A DNA stretch of 64,000 bases from Fidelibacterota bacterium (GCA_018649625.1 JABIHN010000044.1:9035-73034); one strand, 5' to 3'. Numbered from the stretch's first letter, positions 45,983-55,168 are shown. Numbers and translations are program-made. The notes: generated by a model not told the origin, from the letters alone.

Positions 45983-47067
45983 AACTTATGTTGCCGTTTA
46001 TGGTGCTTTATAGTGTTGAATTTATCATCTTCTTTCGACACACCAGTATCTTCTGAAACCTGATTGCCTTTGCTTTGACCGTCGTCTTCAATGTCAAACT
46101 CTTCGGAAAAGACTCGACCCGACCTTGGTGGTCTTCTTCTTTTGTTTTGGTTGGGGTTTTTTGGTTTACTAGGTTTATGTTTTTTAGGACGTGAAAAAGA
46201 GTTTGGTTTCTTATCTTTATCGCTAGAAGTCTTTTTTTGTTGCTTGACGCTTGGTTTCCTACGTCGCCTAGGCTTTGGAACATCTGAGGCAGACACACTC
46301 TCCATCCCTTCGGTATTATCTGAAAAATCTTCTGATGGTTTTTCTGAAACTGCTTGTTTCAATTCGGCTTCATCAAATGTAAACGAATCGGGATCAAACA
46401 TACCATAAATTGTTCCAAATCCACGAGTTATACCATTCCCAACTCCTATGTAATTTGGTAAAATAAAATTAGTTTTAAATTCACCCATAAATGCGCCCCA
46501 CTTATTTTCATCGACGGGACGAGGAAACAAACTGGTTACTTTTACTTTAGTAAATATATTATCTTCTAATTTCACACCTACTTCATTTGCAAGGAATATT
46601 ATATTTTGACCTAAAAGGCGATTTAAAAAAGAAGGTTTTTCTTGATTAGTTAAAAAACGATATCGACCGCCAGTCATATGATTTAATGCAACCCACGGTG
46701 TAATAAAACGATACCGAACTAATTTACTTGAAGGTATAAATTGATTCTCAGCATTTTCAATATCACAATCCTGAACTTCAAATGTGATATTTCCAAAATC
46801 AAATTTTTCGAACTTTTTGGTCAATGAAAGAACTGGCTCTACACCTTCATGAATTCCAATAATATAGATTTGCTCATTTAAAATTTTAACTTGCACCCTT
46901 GGATAAAGAAATTTGTCTCGGAATGTCCCATCTAACATTGGGATAATAGCCTCGTCAGGATACTGTCGCATAAAAACACCTTTAACCTGATATGGCGTTT
47001 TCCGAACAGGCTTATCGGTGATAACCCTAACTACAACTGATTTAATATTTGGAAAAGAATCACTCAT
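45979..47067 (-). CDS. Hypothetical protein: N-terminal Cas6/RAMP-like domain (~225 aa) plus a 137-aa acidic/poly-basic low-complexity tail
   Basis: 'GVGNGITRGFG' (nt 46414-46446) fits the GhGxxxxxGhG glycine-rich loop that ends Cas6/CasE proteins. The 'VRYRFITPW' strand sits where the second RRM starts. The tail is 'PKPRRRRKPSVKQQKK...KPKNPNQNKRRRPPRSGR'. The family call is by eye only. Confidence 0.4.
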   Translation of the reverse strand: MSDSFPNIKSVVVRVITDKPVRKTPYQVKGVFMRQYPDEAIIPMLDGTFRDKFLYPRVQVKILNEQIYIIGIHEGVEPVLSLTKKFEKFDFGNITFEVQDCDIENAENQFIPSSKLVRYRFITPWVALNHMTGGRYRFLTNQEKPSFLNRLLGQNIIFLANEVGVKLEDNIFTKVKVTSLFPRPVDENKWGAFMGEFKTNFILPNYIGVGNGITRGFGTIYGMFDPDSFTFDEAELKQAVSEKPSEDFSDNTEGMESVSASDVPKPRRRRKPSVKQQKKTSSDKDKKPNSFSRPKKHKPSKPKNPNQNKRRRPPRSGRVFSEEFDIEDDGQSKGNQVSEDTGVSKEDDKFNTIKHHKRQHKF

Positions 47068-47092
47068 AATAAATTAAAAAATACTTCTATTT

Positions 47093-48343
47093 TTATTGGC
47101 TCATGGTATCCAAAAATTCGGCATTGGTTTTTGTTCGTTTCATTCGATCTCGCATGAATTCCATTGCTTCTTCAACTTTCATATCATTTAATAATTTGCG
47201 AAGAATCCACATTCTACCCAATGTTTTTCGGTCTAATAACAACTCTTCTTTTCGAGTGCCCGAACGAATTATATCGAATGCTGGATAAATTCTACGATCA
47301 CTTAATCGACGATCAAGGGCTAGTTCCATATTTCCAGTTCCTTTGAATTCTTCAAAGATGACCTCATCTGCACGACTCCCGGTATCAATCAATGCGGTGG
47401 AAATAATAGTTAAACTACCGCCTTCTTCTGTATTTCTGGCAGCACCGAAAAATTGTTTAGGCTTTTTCAACGCGTTGAAATCTACACCACCTGATAATAT
47501 TTTTCCGCTATGAGGTGTAACCGCATTATGAGCTCGAGCAAGTCGTGTTATACTATCTAATAAAATAACAACATCATCACCAAACTCTACCATTCGCTTC
47601 GCTTTTTGCAAAACCATATCCGCAACAGATACATGACGCTCAGGCGGTTCATCAAAGGTGGAACTAATGACTTCAGCATCTACATTTCGCTTCATGTCCG
47701 TTACTTCTTCAGGGCGCTCATCGATAAGAAGAACTATACGTTTAGTTTCAGGGTGATTTTTACTAATTGCATTTGCCAATTTTTGAAGTAAAACCGTTTT
47801 TCCTGTTTTTGGCTGAGCAACAATTAATCCACGCTGACCTTTTCCAATTGGAGATATTAAATCTATTATTCTCGTTGATAAATCTTTGGAATCCACTTCT
47901 AGAGTAAATTTATCTTCCGGATAAAGCGGTGTAAAATTTTCAAAAAGTATTATTTCTTTCAACTTTTGAAGTGGCTCTTCATTGACATTTTCAACTTTCA
48001 ATAAAGCATAAAACCGTTCTTTTGATTTTGGGGGACGAATTTGCCCCGCAACTAAATGTCCTGTTTTTAAACCAAACCTTTTAATTTGGGATGGGCTGAC
48101 ATAAATATCATCCGGTCCAGGTAAATAATTAAAATCGGGTGACCGTAAAAACCCGTATCCATCCGGCATGACTTCTAATACACCACGAGCAGATAGTGTT
48201 CCATCTTTTTTGGCTTGCGCCTCGAGGATACGAACTGTCAATTCCTGTTTATTTAATCCTGCTAAACCGCCTTCAATATTTAACTTTTGTGCTAATTCTG
48301 ATAGCTCGCGAATATGCAAGGATTGTAATTTGTTAAGATCCAT
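47093..48343 (-). CDS. rho: Transcription termination factor Rho
   Basis: It has an N-terminal insertion-free RNA-binding domain ('GVLE...DGYGFLR') and Walker A '[15 protein letters not shown]'. The 416-aa length is canonical. Confidence 0.95.
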   Translation of the reverse strand: MDLNKLQSLHIRELSELAQKLNIEGGLAGLNKQELTVRILEAQAKKDGTLSARGVLEVMPDGYGFLRSPDFNYLPGPDDIYVSPSQIKRFGLKTGHLVAGQIRPPKSKERFYALLKVENVNEEPLQKLKEIILFENFTPLYPEDKFTLEVDSKDLSTRIIDLISPIGKGQRGLIVAQPKTGKTVLLQKLANAISKNHPETKRIVLLIDERPEEVTDMKRNVDAEVISSTFDEPPERHVSVADMVLQKAKRMVEFGDDVVILLDSITRLARAHNAVTPHSGKILSGGVDFNALKKPKQFFGAARNTEEGGSLTIISTALIDTGSRADEVIFEEFKGTGNMELALDRRLSDRRIYPAFDIIRSGTRKEELLLDRKTLGRMWILRKLLNDMKVEEAMEFMRDRMKRTKTNAEFLDTMSQ

Positions 48344-48425
48344 ATAATTTAAACCTAATTAATAAATGCTTTGAATTTGTAAAAGTATAAGTCTCCGAGG
48401 GGTCTTGGAGAGATGATAATTTACA

Positions 48426-49688
48426 TTAAATTACATCATTGTCAAAAGAGTTTCCAACACAACTATATACTTCTTTTGCGATGTAATGACTACCAAAGAT
48501 AATGCCGACGCCACCATTTTCAACAAATTGGTTTAGCTTTGTGATTCCAATACTAATAGATGATACAACTTCATTCTCTACACCAAACTTTGACAATTTG
48601 TTTGATAATAGACTCGCATCAAGCAAAAGCCCTTCTTTATCCGACGTAACCAATAGTTTTTTAAACTGTCCAGATAAACCATTCAACAATCGATGTAAGT
48701 CTTTATCCCCTTTTATACAAAACAGTCCAAATAAAGGATATCCTTCATTGGCTTGTTTTATCGTTTTCAATAGAGATTTAATCCCATCTTCATTATGAGC
48801 AACATCATAATACAAACGATCTCCAATCGGTTGAATCCGACCTGGCCAATAAGCTTTCATCAACCCATTTTGAATCGTATCATAAGAAATGTCTGGGTAA
48901 ATATTATGAATACATTCTATAGCTAATGCTGAATTTTCTGCTTGGTGCTCCCCCATGAATGCCGTTTGATACTGTTTCCCTTTATATGAAAACTTGGAAC
49001 CTTTTAAACTAATTGATTTATGAATAACCTGGCCAACATTAATTTGGACAGCTCCTGATTCTTTTGATTTTAAATCTATAATTTTTTCAGCTATTGAATT
49101 TTGTTTTCCGCAAATCAAAGGTACTCCATTTTTTATAATACCAGCCTTTTCACTTGAAATTGTTTCTATATCTTTTCCCAATATTTCCATATGATCCATC
49201 GAGATAGGCGTTATCACAGTTAAAGCTGGCGTAATAACATTGGTAGAATCAAGCCTACCTCCTAAACCTGTTTCAATAACTGCAATATCCACTTTATGAG
49301 AATTAAAATGGTCTAATGCCATAGCGGTTGTCGTTTCAAAAAAAGTAGATTTAATTTTTAAAATGGCTTGTTCAGCTTTTTTCATAAAAAAAATTATTTC
49401 TTCATCTGTAATGGGAATTCCATCAACTCGAATTCTCTCATTAAACCGAACTAAATGAGGGGACGTATAAAGCCCAACTTTTTTCCCAGATTCACGAAGT
49501 ATCTTTGTAATTATAGCGCTAGTAGATCCTTTACCATTCGTTCCTGCAACATGGATTAAGATTAAATTGTGATGCGGGTTTCCAATTCTATCCAATAATT
49601 GGAATGTATGCTCTAAACCTAATTTTATTCCGAATCTCTGAAGCTTAAAAAGCGATTCAAGTACTAAAGAAAAATCAGGAGATGTCAA
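48426..49688 (-). CDS. folC: Bifunctional folylpolyglutamate synthase / dihydrofolate synthase
   Basis: It has 'HVAGTNGKGST', 'SPHL..FNERI' and 'E.GLGGRLD.TN' motifs. Confidence 0.9.
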   Translation of the reverse strand: MTSPDFSLVLESLFKLQRFGIKLGLEHTFQLLDRIGNPHHNLILIHVAGTNGKGSTSAIITKILRESGKKVGLYTSPHLVRFNERIRVDGIPITDEEIIFFMKKAEQAILKIKSTFFETTTAMALDHFNSHKVDIAVIETGLGGRLDSTNVITPALTVITPISMDHMEILGKDIETISSEKAGIIKNGVPLICGKQNSIAEKIIDLKSKESGAVQINVGQVIHKSISLKGSKFSYKGKQYQTAFMGEHQAENSALAIECIHNIYPDISYDTIQNGLMKAYWPGRIQPIGDRLYYDVAHNEDGIKSLLKTIKQANEGYPLFGLFCIKGDKDLHRLLNGLSGQFKKLLVTSDKEGLLLDASLLSNKLSKFGVENEVVSSISIGITKLNQFVENGGVGIIFGSHYIAKEVYSCVGNSFDNDVI

Positions 49689-50472
49689 CGTGAGATATGG
49701 ACTGAATTTTAATTGTTACAAAACGGTCTGCCAACGATGAAAACGAATCGGGTGAATCAGTTACAAAACAGTGAACCTCACCCACAGATCCTTCAGCAGA
49801 AAGCTCTTTTTGCTTTAAAACCGATTGAACTATTGATGCTGTAGCTTCACTCGAATCAACTAAGGATACATCGCCCCCTATAACTTCATTGATTACAGTT
49901 TTTAATAATGGATAATGCGTACACCCTAAAATAACAGTATCAACATTTGATTCTTTAAAAATAGCTAAATAGTTTTCAGCAACTGCTTTTGGCACATCGC
50001 CAGATATCCACCCTTCTTCTGCTAGAGGAACAAATAAAGGGCAAGCTTGGCTTATAACAGATATTCTGCTATTTTCTAATTTTATTTTTTTTCCGTAAGC
50101 AGCTGAATTAATAGTCCCACGTGTCCCCAAAACACCAATGGATAAGGTTTTTGTTGCTTGAATAGCAGCATAAACACCCGGATTAATTACACCAATAATT
50201 GGTAAATCAAATTTAGAATTCAAGTGAGTTAGGGCTAGAGAAGATGCCGTATTACATGCTACAACAATCATTTTACAATTTTCATTCACAAGCCACTGTA
50301 CAATTTCATCAGAATATTCCTGAATACGCGCCTTACTTTTATTCCCATATGGCACCCGCGCCGTATCTCCCACGTATAAAATAGATTCATTTGGTAAAGA
50401 CTTTGCAAGCGCATCTACCACAGTTAGACCGCCAATTCCAGAATCAAAAACACCTATAGGTCGATTATCCAT
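49675..50472 (-). CDS. murI: Glutamate racemase
   Basis: It has 'IGVFDSGIGGLTV', 'VVACNTAS' and 'LGCTHYP' motifs with both catalytic Cys. Confidence 0.95.
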   Translation of the reverse strand: MDNRPIGVFDSGIGGLTVVDALAKSLPNESILYVGDTARVPYGNKSKARIQEYSDEIVQWLVNENCKMIVVACNTASSLALTHLNSKFDLPIIGVINPGVYAAIQATKTLSIGVLGTRGTINSAAYGKKIKLENSRISVISQACPLFVPLAEEGWISGDVPKAVAENYLAIFKESNVDTVILGCTHYPLLKTVINEVIGGDVSLVDSSEATASIVQSVLKQKELSAEGSVGEVHCFVTDSPDSFSSLADRFVTIKIQSISHVDIS

Positions 50473-50477
50473 TTTTA

Positions 50478-51950
50478 TTATTCTGCCAATAACTTTTCGC
50501 GAGAATATTTGAAATGATTAATGCCTGCATACACAGATTCTGCAATCATTTGTCTGTAATTAGCTTGCTTTAATTTTTTCTCTTCTTCGGGATTTGAAAT
50601 AAATCCAACTTCCACCAAAACATTAGGCATAGATGCGCCGTACAAAACATGAAACCCCGCTTGTTTTACGCCACGATTTGGAGTTGTTAGTTTTTTATCC
50701 AATTCCATTTGAATAATAGATGCAAGATCTTCACTCTCTTTCAAAAACATACTTGAAGTCATTGTAGCCAAAATCTTTTTTTCGCCGCTAAGGTCTTTAT
50801 ATTGGCTTACTTTTTCTTCAAACTGAATTACTGAGTTTTCCCGAGATGCAACTTCAATGGCTTCATCACTTTTTGCAATACTATGTAAAAATGTTTCAAA
50901 ACCTTGTATTTTACGGTTTTTATTTGAATTAGCATGAATACTCACAAATACCTTCCCGTCAGCATCGTTTGCCATTTTAGTCCGATTTCCTAAGGGAACA
51001 AATACATCTTCATCCCGAGTATAAATAACTTTAATGCTTGTGTGCTTTTCAAGTAGGCGGCCAACTCGTTTTGTAATGTCCAAAACAATGTCTTTTTCTT
51101 TTGTCCCATATTTCCCAAGAGAACCGGGGTCTTTACCACCATGGCCAGCATCTAATATTATCGTATCTAAACGCCATCTATTTTTAACATCTTCGAGTCG
51201 TTCAGCCACCTTACCCAAAGGTGTTCTTAATGTAATGACAATCTCATTTGGGTCGATGTTTTGATCCCATTCATGGCTAATAACTTCAGCCCCTAATTTA
51301 AAAGCAACCTGAGCAGTTTCACCAAGTTGATCAGACTCTATCCTTTGAATTACGCCCCGTGTTATTCCATTATTTATATTAATGGTATCAACGATAGCGC
51401 CAGCTATTGTTAAATAATACCACCCATGTTTATTGATGAAGGAACTAATATTTCGTTCGGAGAATGGCTTACGTGTTGTAAGTCGAATAATCGTTCCATT
51501 TGATTTAACATCAATATTTATTCCGGTAATATTAAAACGAACAACATCAATATCTAAAAATTCTTTTTTAGAATCAAAGTTTATACCTGGCAAAACTGTT
51601 GATTTTAATATTTCAAAAAATGCTTCAGCGGGAACGTATAAATCATTGGATTCAATCCTAGTAATTTGCGACATCTGATAAGGCTGATCATCAATCATTA
51701 TAAAACTAGTATTACCCGATATTTTTACTTTTCTATCCGCAATATACAAAACAAGTTTTTTTCGCTCAGCATTTTCATAAAGCCTCGATGAGAGCGAGCG
51801 AGAAAGATCTTTTGCTGAAATGTATAATTTCTTTGAATCTAAGAGTGTCTTTATTTCAGATTCCGTTCCAGAACTTCGATTAAAGACATGAATCTCTCCA
51901 AAGAGCATACTTGAAATAAAAAGAAATGATATGATTCTAGTAAATAACAT
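50478..51950 (-). CDS. N-acetylmuramoyl-L-alanine amidase (Amidase_3) with N-terminal accessory domains
   Basis: The C-terminal 'ILDAGHGGKDPG', 'SIHAN' and 'VLVE.GF.SN..E' are Amidase_3 zinc and active-site motifs. A signal peptide and AMIN-like N-terminal repeats are also present. Confidence 0.85.
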   Translation of the reverse strand: MLFTRIISFLFISSMLFGEIHVFNRSSGTESEIKTLLDSKKLYISAKDLSRSLSSRLYENAERKKLVLYIADRKVKISGNTSFIMIDDQPYQMSQITRIESNDLYVPAEAFFEILKSTVLPGINFDSKKEFLDIDVVRFNITGINIDVKSNGTIIRLTTRKPFSERNISSFINKHGWYYLTIAGAIVDTININNGITRGVIQRIESDQLGETAQVAFKLGAEVISHEWDQNIDPNEIVITLRTPLGKVAERLEDVKNRWRLDTIILDAGHGGKDPGSLGKYGTKEKDIVLDITKRVGRLLEKHTSIKVIYTRDEDVFVPLGNRTKMANDADGKVFVSIHANSNKNRKIQGFETFLHSIAKSDEAIEVASRENSVIQFEEKVSQYKDLSGEKKILATMTSSMFLKESEDLASIIQMELDKKLTTPNRGVKQAGFHVLYGASMPNVLVEVGFISNPEEEKKLKQANYRQMIAESVYAGINHFKYSREKLLAE

Positions 51951-51996
51951 TGGGAGAATTTATCTTATCCCATTGAAAGCAAACAACAAAATGACG

Positions 51997-53772
51997 TCAA
52001 ATTGAAAAATTTATTTGTAGGGCGCTCCTAACAATTGGAATAACATTAAAGTCCCATTTTTTCCATGTATACGAAAAGCGAAAATGTATTTTACTTCTTT
52101 TGCTGGTAGTATATGAAATTTTAGTTCCTAAATAATGACTAGACTGAGTAAAAACTTTACTTTTCATTTCACCTGGGACATTTACATCCCAATAATAGAT
52201 CCATGCATCCTCGGTTATTTTTGCGGTCACCCAATATCCGTAAATCGACCAGTCATCTAAAACATGCTTGCTTCTTAATTGAATCCCCCAACTTGAAGGA
52301 GTCCCATTTTGTTTGTGCTTTTCCTGTAATTGAAATTGATATGAATTGTTTTTATTATATTTCCACTTAAAAGTAGTTTTAAATGTTGAAATAGGAACAT
52401 TAGAATAATTATAATCATCATAACTATAAGATTCAGATGATGTCTCTTGCACTTTCAATTTAGTTTGAATCCATGTTTTTGAACTTATATTTTGAGCAAT
52501 ACTAAAACCCATTTCATGCCCGTGGTTTTCAAATTCTCCTTTACCATTTGTTTGCCTCGTGAAATAATCGGAATATAATTTTAATGTCGTTTTCTCAAGT
52601 TTGAATTGAATCTCTTGTAAAAATCCAAATTCACCCATTTCTTTATTGTTCCAATTTCTAAACGAATTATCTCTAATTGCAAAATAATTGGGGGCTATTT
52701 TTCGAAATACAATTCCATAATAAAATGAATCATGCTTTAATCGTCCACCAGTAATGATTGCTGATTTCAGTTGTGATGTAAAAGCAATTTCTGAAAATAT
52801 TTTTAAATTTAATATTTGATAATTACCATATAGAGACGATGCAATGTTTAAAAATTTTCTCCGTTCATTATCGATCCATAATCCACTACCGGTCGTGATT
52901 CCTATTTCGCCACTTTTAAATGCTGTTTGCCAGTTTACAAGGCCAATAATTTCTGTTATATTGTTATGGTTTTCTACCTGACTATCAGATATATGCAACC
53001 CTAAACTAGATAGCTTAACGGATTCTTCTTGAATTGATCCGTCAATATCTCGAGAAGAAATGCTACCCGAAATTTGACCCATATCAAAATTACGCGTCCA
53101 ACCAAATCCGCGATACGCCCATGATTCATGACCCGATCGAAATGGCTGAATCCCTCTTCCTCGGCGTAATGCCGAATTAATAGTTCCAAAATCCGATTTA
53201 ACTGGGAATGTCCGCCAACTAATTAATCCATAACCCGACAACATTTGAAAGTTTCCAATTATAAACTGATTTTCGCCATAGCGCGTTTCGATAAAGGTAG
53301 AATAATTATCTAGAATATTAATTTCTTCACCGTCCCTTTCACCTAAAAAACCAAAAGTGAATTTTTCAAAATTCAGTTCACCAATCCATTTATATTGTAC
53401 GTCATCCACAAAATTTATTCGATGATAAAATACACCATTAATATTAGATTCTTTTTTTTCTTCCCATAATTCGGTCACCACCATTTGGATTCGTTGGAAT
53501 TGATCAAAGTCATTAATATCTCCTTTTACAAATTCTCCTAAAGCCACTGCTTCATTGTCTGTTAAAAAGGACAATTGAGATAAAAGAGCGGCTGACTCTT
53601 CGGTTAAGCCCTGATAGATTGTTGAAGCAGTATTAAGAATAATTAAATCTGATTCTGGGAGCGACTTCTCAGGATCAAAAGATTCAATTATTTCAAATTG
53701 CCCAAATAGCAGCCTATGGAATACGAGTAAAACTAATACCCGTTTGATAAGTAATAAGTCCCAAGTCAACAT
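51997..53772 (-). CDS. Large putative outer-membrane protein, function unknown
   Basis: It has a signal-like N-terminus, an alpha-helical ~100-aa head, and ~480 aa that are rich in aromatic/Gly/Asn residues with beta-strand periodicity, ending '...ALQINFSI'. The ATG at 53772 is preferred over the TTG at 53793. It overlaps the upstream gene by 59 nt. Confidence 0.4.
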   Translation of the reverse strand: MLTWDLLLIKRVLVLLVFHRLLFGQFEIIESFDPEKSLPESDLIILNTASTIYQGLTEESAALLSQLSFLTDNEAVALGEFVKGDINDFDQFQRIQMVVTELWEEKKESNINGVFYHRINFVDDVQYKWIGELNFEKFTFGFLGERDGEEINILDNYSTFIETRYGENQFIIGNFQMLSGYGLISWRTFPVKSDFGTINSALRRGRGIQPFRSGHESWAYRGFGWTRNFDMGQISGSISSRDIDGSIQEESVKLSSLGLHISDSQVENHNNITEIIGLVNWQTAFKSGEIGITTGSGLWIDNERRKFLNIASSLYGNYQILNLKIFSEIAFTSQLKSAIITGGRLKHDSFYYGIVFRKIAPNYFAIRDNSFRNWNNKEMGEFGFLQEIQFKLEKTTLKLYSDYFTRQTNGKGEFENHGHEMGFSIAQNISSKTWIQTKLKVQETSSESYSYDDYNYSNVPISTFKTTFKWKYNKNNSYQFQLQEKHKQNGTPSSWGIQLRSKHVLDDWSIYGYWVTAKITEDAWIYYWDVNVPGEMKSKVFTQSSHYLGTKISYTTSKRSKIHFRFSYTWKKWDFNVIPIVRSALQINFSI

Positions 53773-54562
53773 AGGAAAGGATTCCAATTTCAATTTGTAA
53801 GTTTTTCCAATTTAAATATCCGCCTGTGGTGATAATATTAGGTTGATTAACTTTACCCATAGCAATTCCAAAATTATGAAATAATTTATAAACTAACCCA
53901 AATCGTGTACTTACAGGAAACTCCGTATCCTGCACAAGCGATATTTGTGCCATAATTTTTTCTGTCGGTTTAGCCATAAAACCAGCTATAATTATTTGCG
54001 GTAATTTTTCTTTAGTTTGCCCAATTCGAGTCCCCGTTGGATTAAGCATCGAAATAATAGATTCAATTTTTGAATTCATCTTATACCTCAAACTTATTCT
54101 AGTACCCACGGTCGCAGCGTTTCCATAATTTTTTATATTTAATTGGTAATAATTAATCGCAACTGCAAATATTAAAACATCTTTAATATTTTTTGATCCC
54201 ATAAATGAAACAAGAGTTTCCGCATAATTTAAATTTCCAAATTGAGAGATACCAAAACCAAGACCAAACTCATTCGTACTTCCCCCAATAACAAATAAAG
54301 ATTCAGACAAAGATTTTAATCCGAATTTCCGATTATAGCTCCCGGCAATAAATAAAGGTTGATTTTTCTCAATAATAGTTGGATCAGAAAAGGCACCCTG
54401 AGATGATGGGAAAAATGAAAATGGCGCTACACCTGCTGCATTTTGGATAGGGGAAATAGCATCAGATTCGAATGATCCCAACATAGAATCTGGGCAAAAA
54501 AATACCATGCCGAAAACCAACATGGTAATAGTTTCATGGAATATAGTATTTGAAACTACCAT
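53714..54562 (-). CDS. Putative outer-membrane beta-barrel protein, function unknown
   Basis: It has a hydrophobic N-terminus and alternating beta-strand periodicity, ending 'YQTGISFTRIP'. It has no recognisable family motif. It starts 17 nt after the upstream terminator. Confidence 0.4.
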   Translation of the reverse strand: MVVSNTIFHETITMLVFGMVFFCPDSMLGSFESDAISPIQNAAGVAPFSFFPSSQGAFSDPTIIEKNQPLFIAGSYNRKFGLKSLSESLFVIGGSTNEFGLGFGISQFGNLNYAETLVSFMGSKNIKDVLIFAVAINYYQLNIKNYGNAATVGTRISLRYKMNSKIESIISMLNPTGTRIGQTKEKLPQIIIAGFMAKPTEKIMAQISLVQDTEFPVSTRFGLVYKLFHNFGIAMGKVNQPNIITTGGYLNWKNLQIEIGILSYVDLGLITYQTGISFTRIP

Positions 54563-54578
54563 GAATATTTAAAATGAG

Positions 54579-54605
54579 TGCGCCCCAATTAAAATTAGGG
54601 CGCAC
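54579..54605 (-). terminator. Hairpin terminator/attenuator after the small-protein gene pair
   Basis: GTGCGCCC-(11 nt)-GGGCGCAC is a perfect 8-bp GC-rich stem 20 nt after the stop at 54626. On the minus strand it is followed by a weak U-tract (cauuuuaaau), so read-through is likely. Confidence 0.55.
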
Positions 54606-54625
54606 TAGCGGATTAGAAATTCGCG

Positions 54626-54844
54626 CTATTTTTTGTCATACCACATAACGAGAATCATTAATGCGAGTATTCCTGCAAAACCTGCGTCTCCAAACTGGGC
54701 CATAATACGACCTAATCCGGCGATAACTCCAAAAAAGTCATCAAACAGAATTCCTACAACAATACCGACTACGATAAGAGTCTTGAGTAAATCAATGACT
54801 AACTCAAGCCATTCGTTAACGGTTTTCAACGCACCTTTCAGCAT
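54626..54844 (-). CDS. Small two-TM membrane protein (paralogue 2 of a tandem pair)
   Basis: This 72-aa protein is preceded by AGGAGGA-aact-ATG. It aligns without gaps to the neighbouring 69-aa ORF ('LKTLIVV' / 'IKALIVL', 'FGDAGFAGILAL' / 'FLDGGFAGLLAL'). Confidence 0.65.
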   Translation of the reverse strand: MLKGALKTVNEWLELVIDLLKTLIVVGIVVGILFDDFFGVIAGLGRIMAQFGDAGFAGILALMILVMWYDKK

Positions 54845-54901
54845 AGTTTCCTCCTGTTATCAGGCACAGAGCCAAAATGACCCCATGTGAATCCTGTGTA
54901 T

Positions 54902-55111
54902 TTATCCCAAAAACGAGAGAAAAACCAAAAGAGCCAACAATCCGGCAAAGCCGCCGTCTAGAAAGTTGTTTACTAGATCAACGATTCCACCGATAGGGTC
55001 GAATTGTGTGGAATAAACAATATTTACGAAAACAAATAAAACAATAAGTGCTTTGATTACGCTAATTATTCCAGATGCTGCATTTTCTACTGTTGAGTTT
55101 ACATCAGCCAT
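54902..55111 (-). CDS. Small two-TM membrane protein (paralogue 1 of a tandem pair)
   Basis: This 69-aa protein is preceded by AAGGAGG-tatcagc-ATG. It is a gapless paralogue of 54626..54844. Confidence 0.65.
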   Translation of the reverse strand: MADVNSTVENAASGIISVIKALIVLFVFVNIVYSTQFDPIGGIVDLVNNFLDGGFAGLLALLVFLSFLG

Positions 55112-55143
55112 GCTGATACCTCCTTGGTTTGGTTCTTTGGAAG

Positions 55144-55168
55144 GAATAGAAACTTAATGTTTCTATTC
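55144..55168 (-). promoter_or_regulatory. Perfect 10-bp inverted repeat (hairpin or operator) in the leader of the small-protein operon
   Basis: GAATAGAAAC-ttaat-GTTTCTATTC lies ~20 nt upstream of the Shine-Dalgarno of the 54902..55111 gene. Confidence 0.5.

Noticed and set aside
46008-46408. Overlapping ORFs 46008..46298 (-) and 46091..46408 (+) within the tail region of the Cas6-like gene.
   Set aside because: They are alternative-frame or antisense readings of the repetitive K/R/P-coding low-complexity DNA. Neither has an independent start context.
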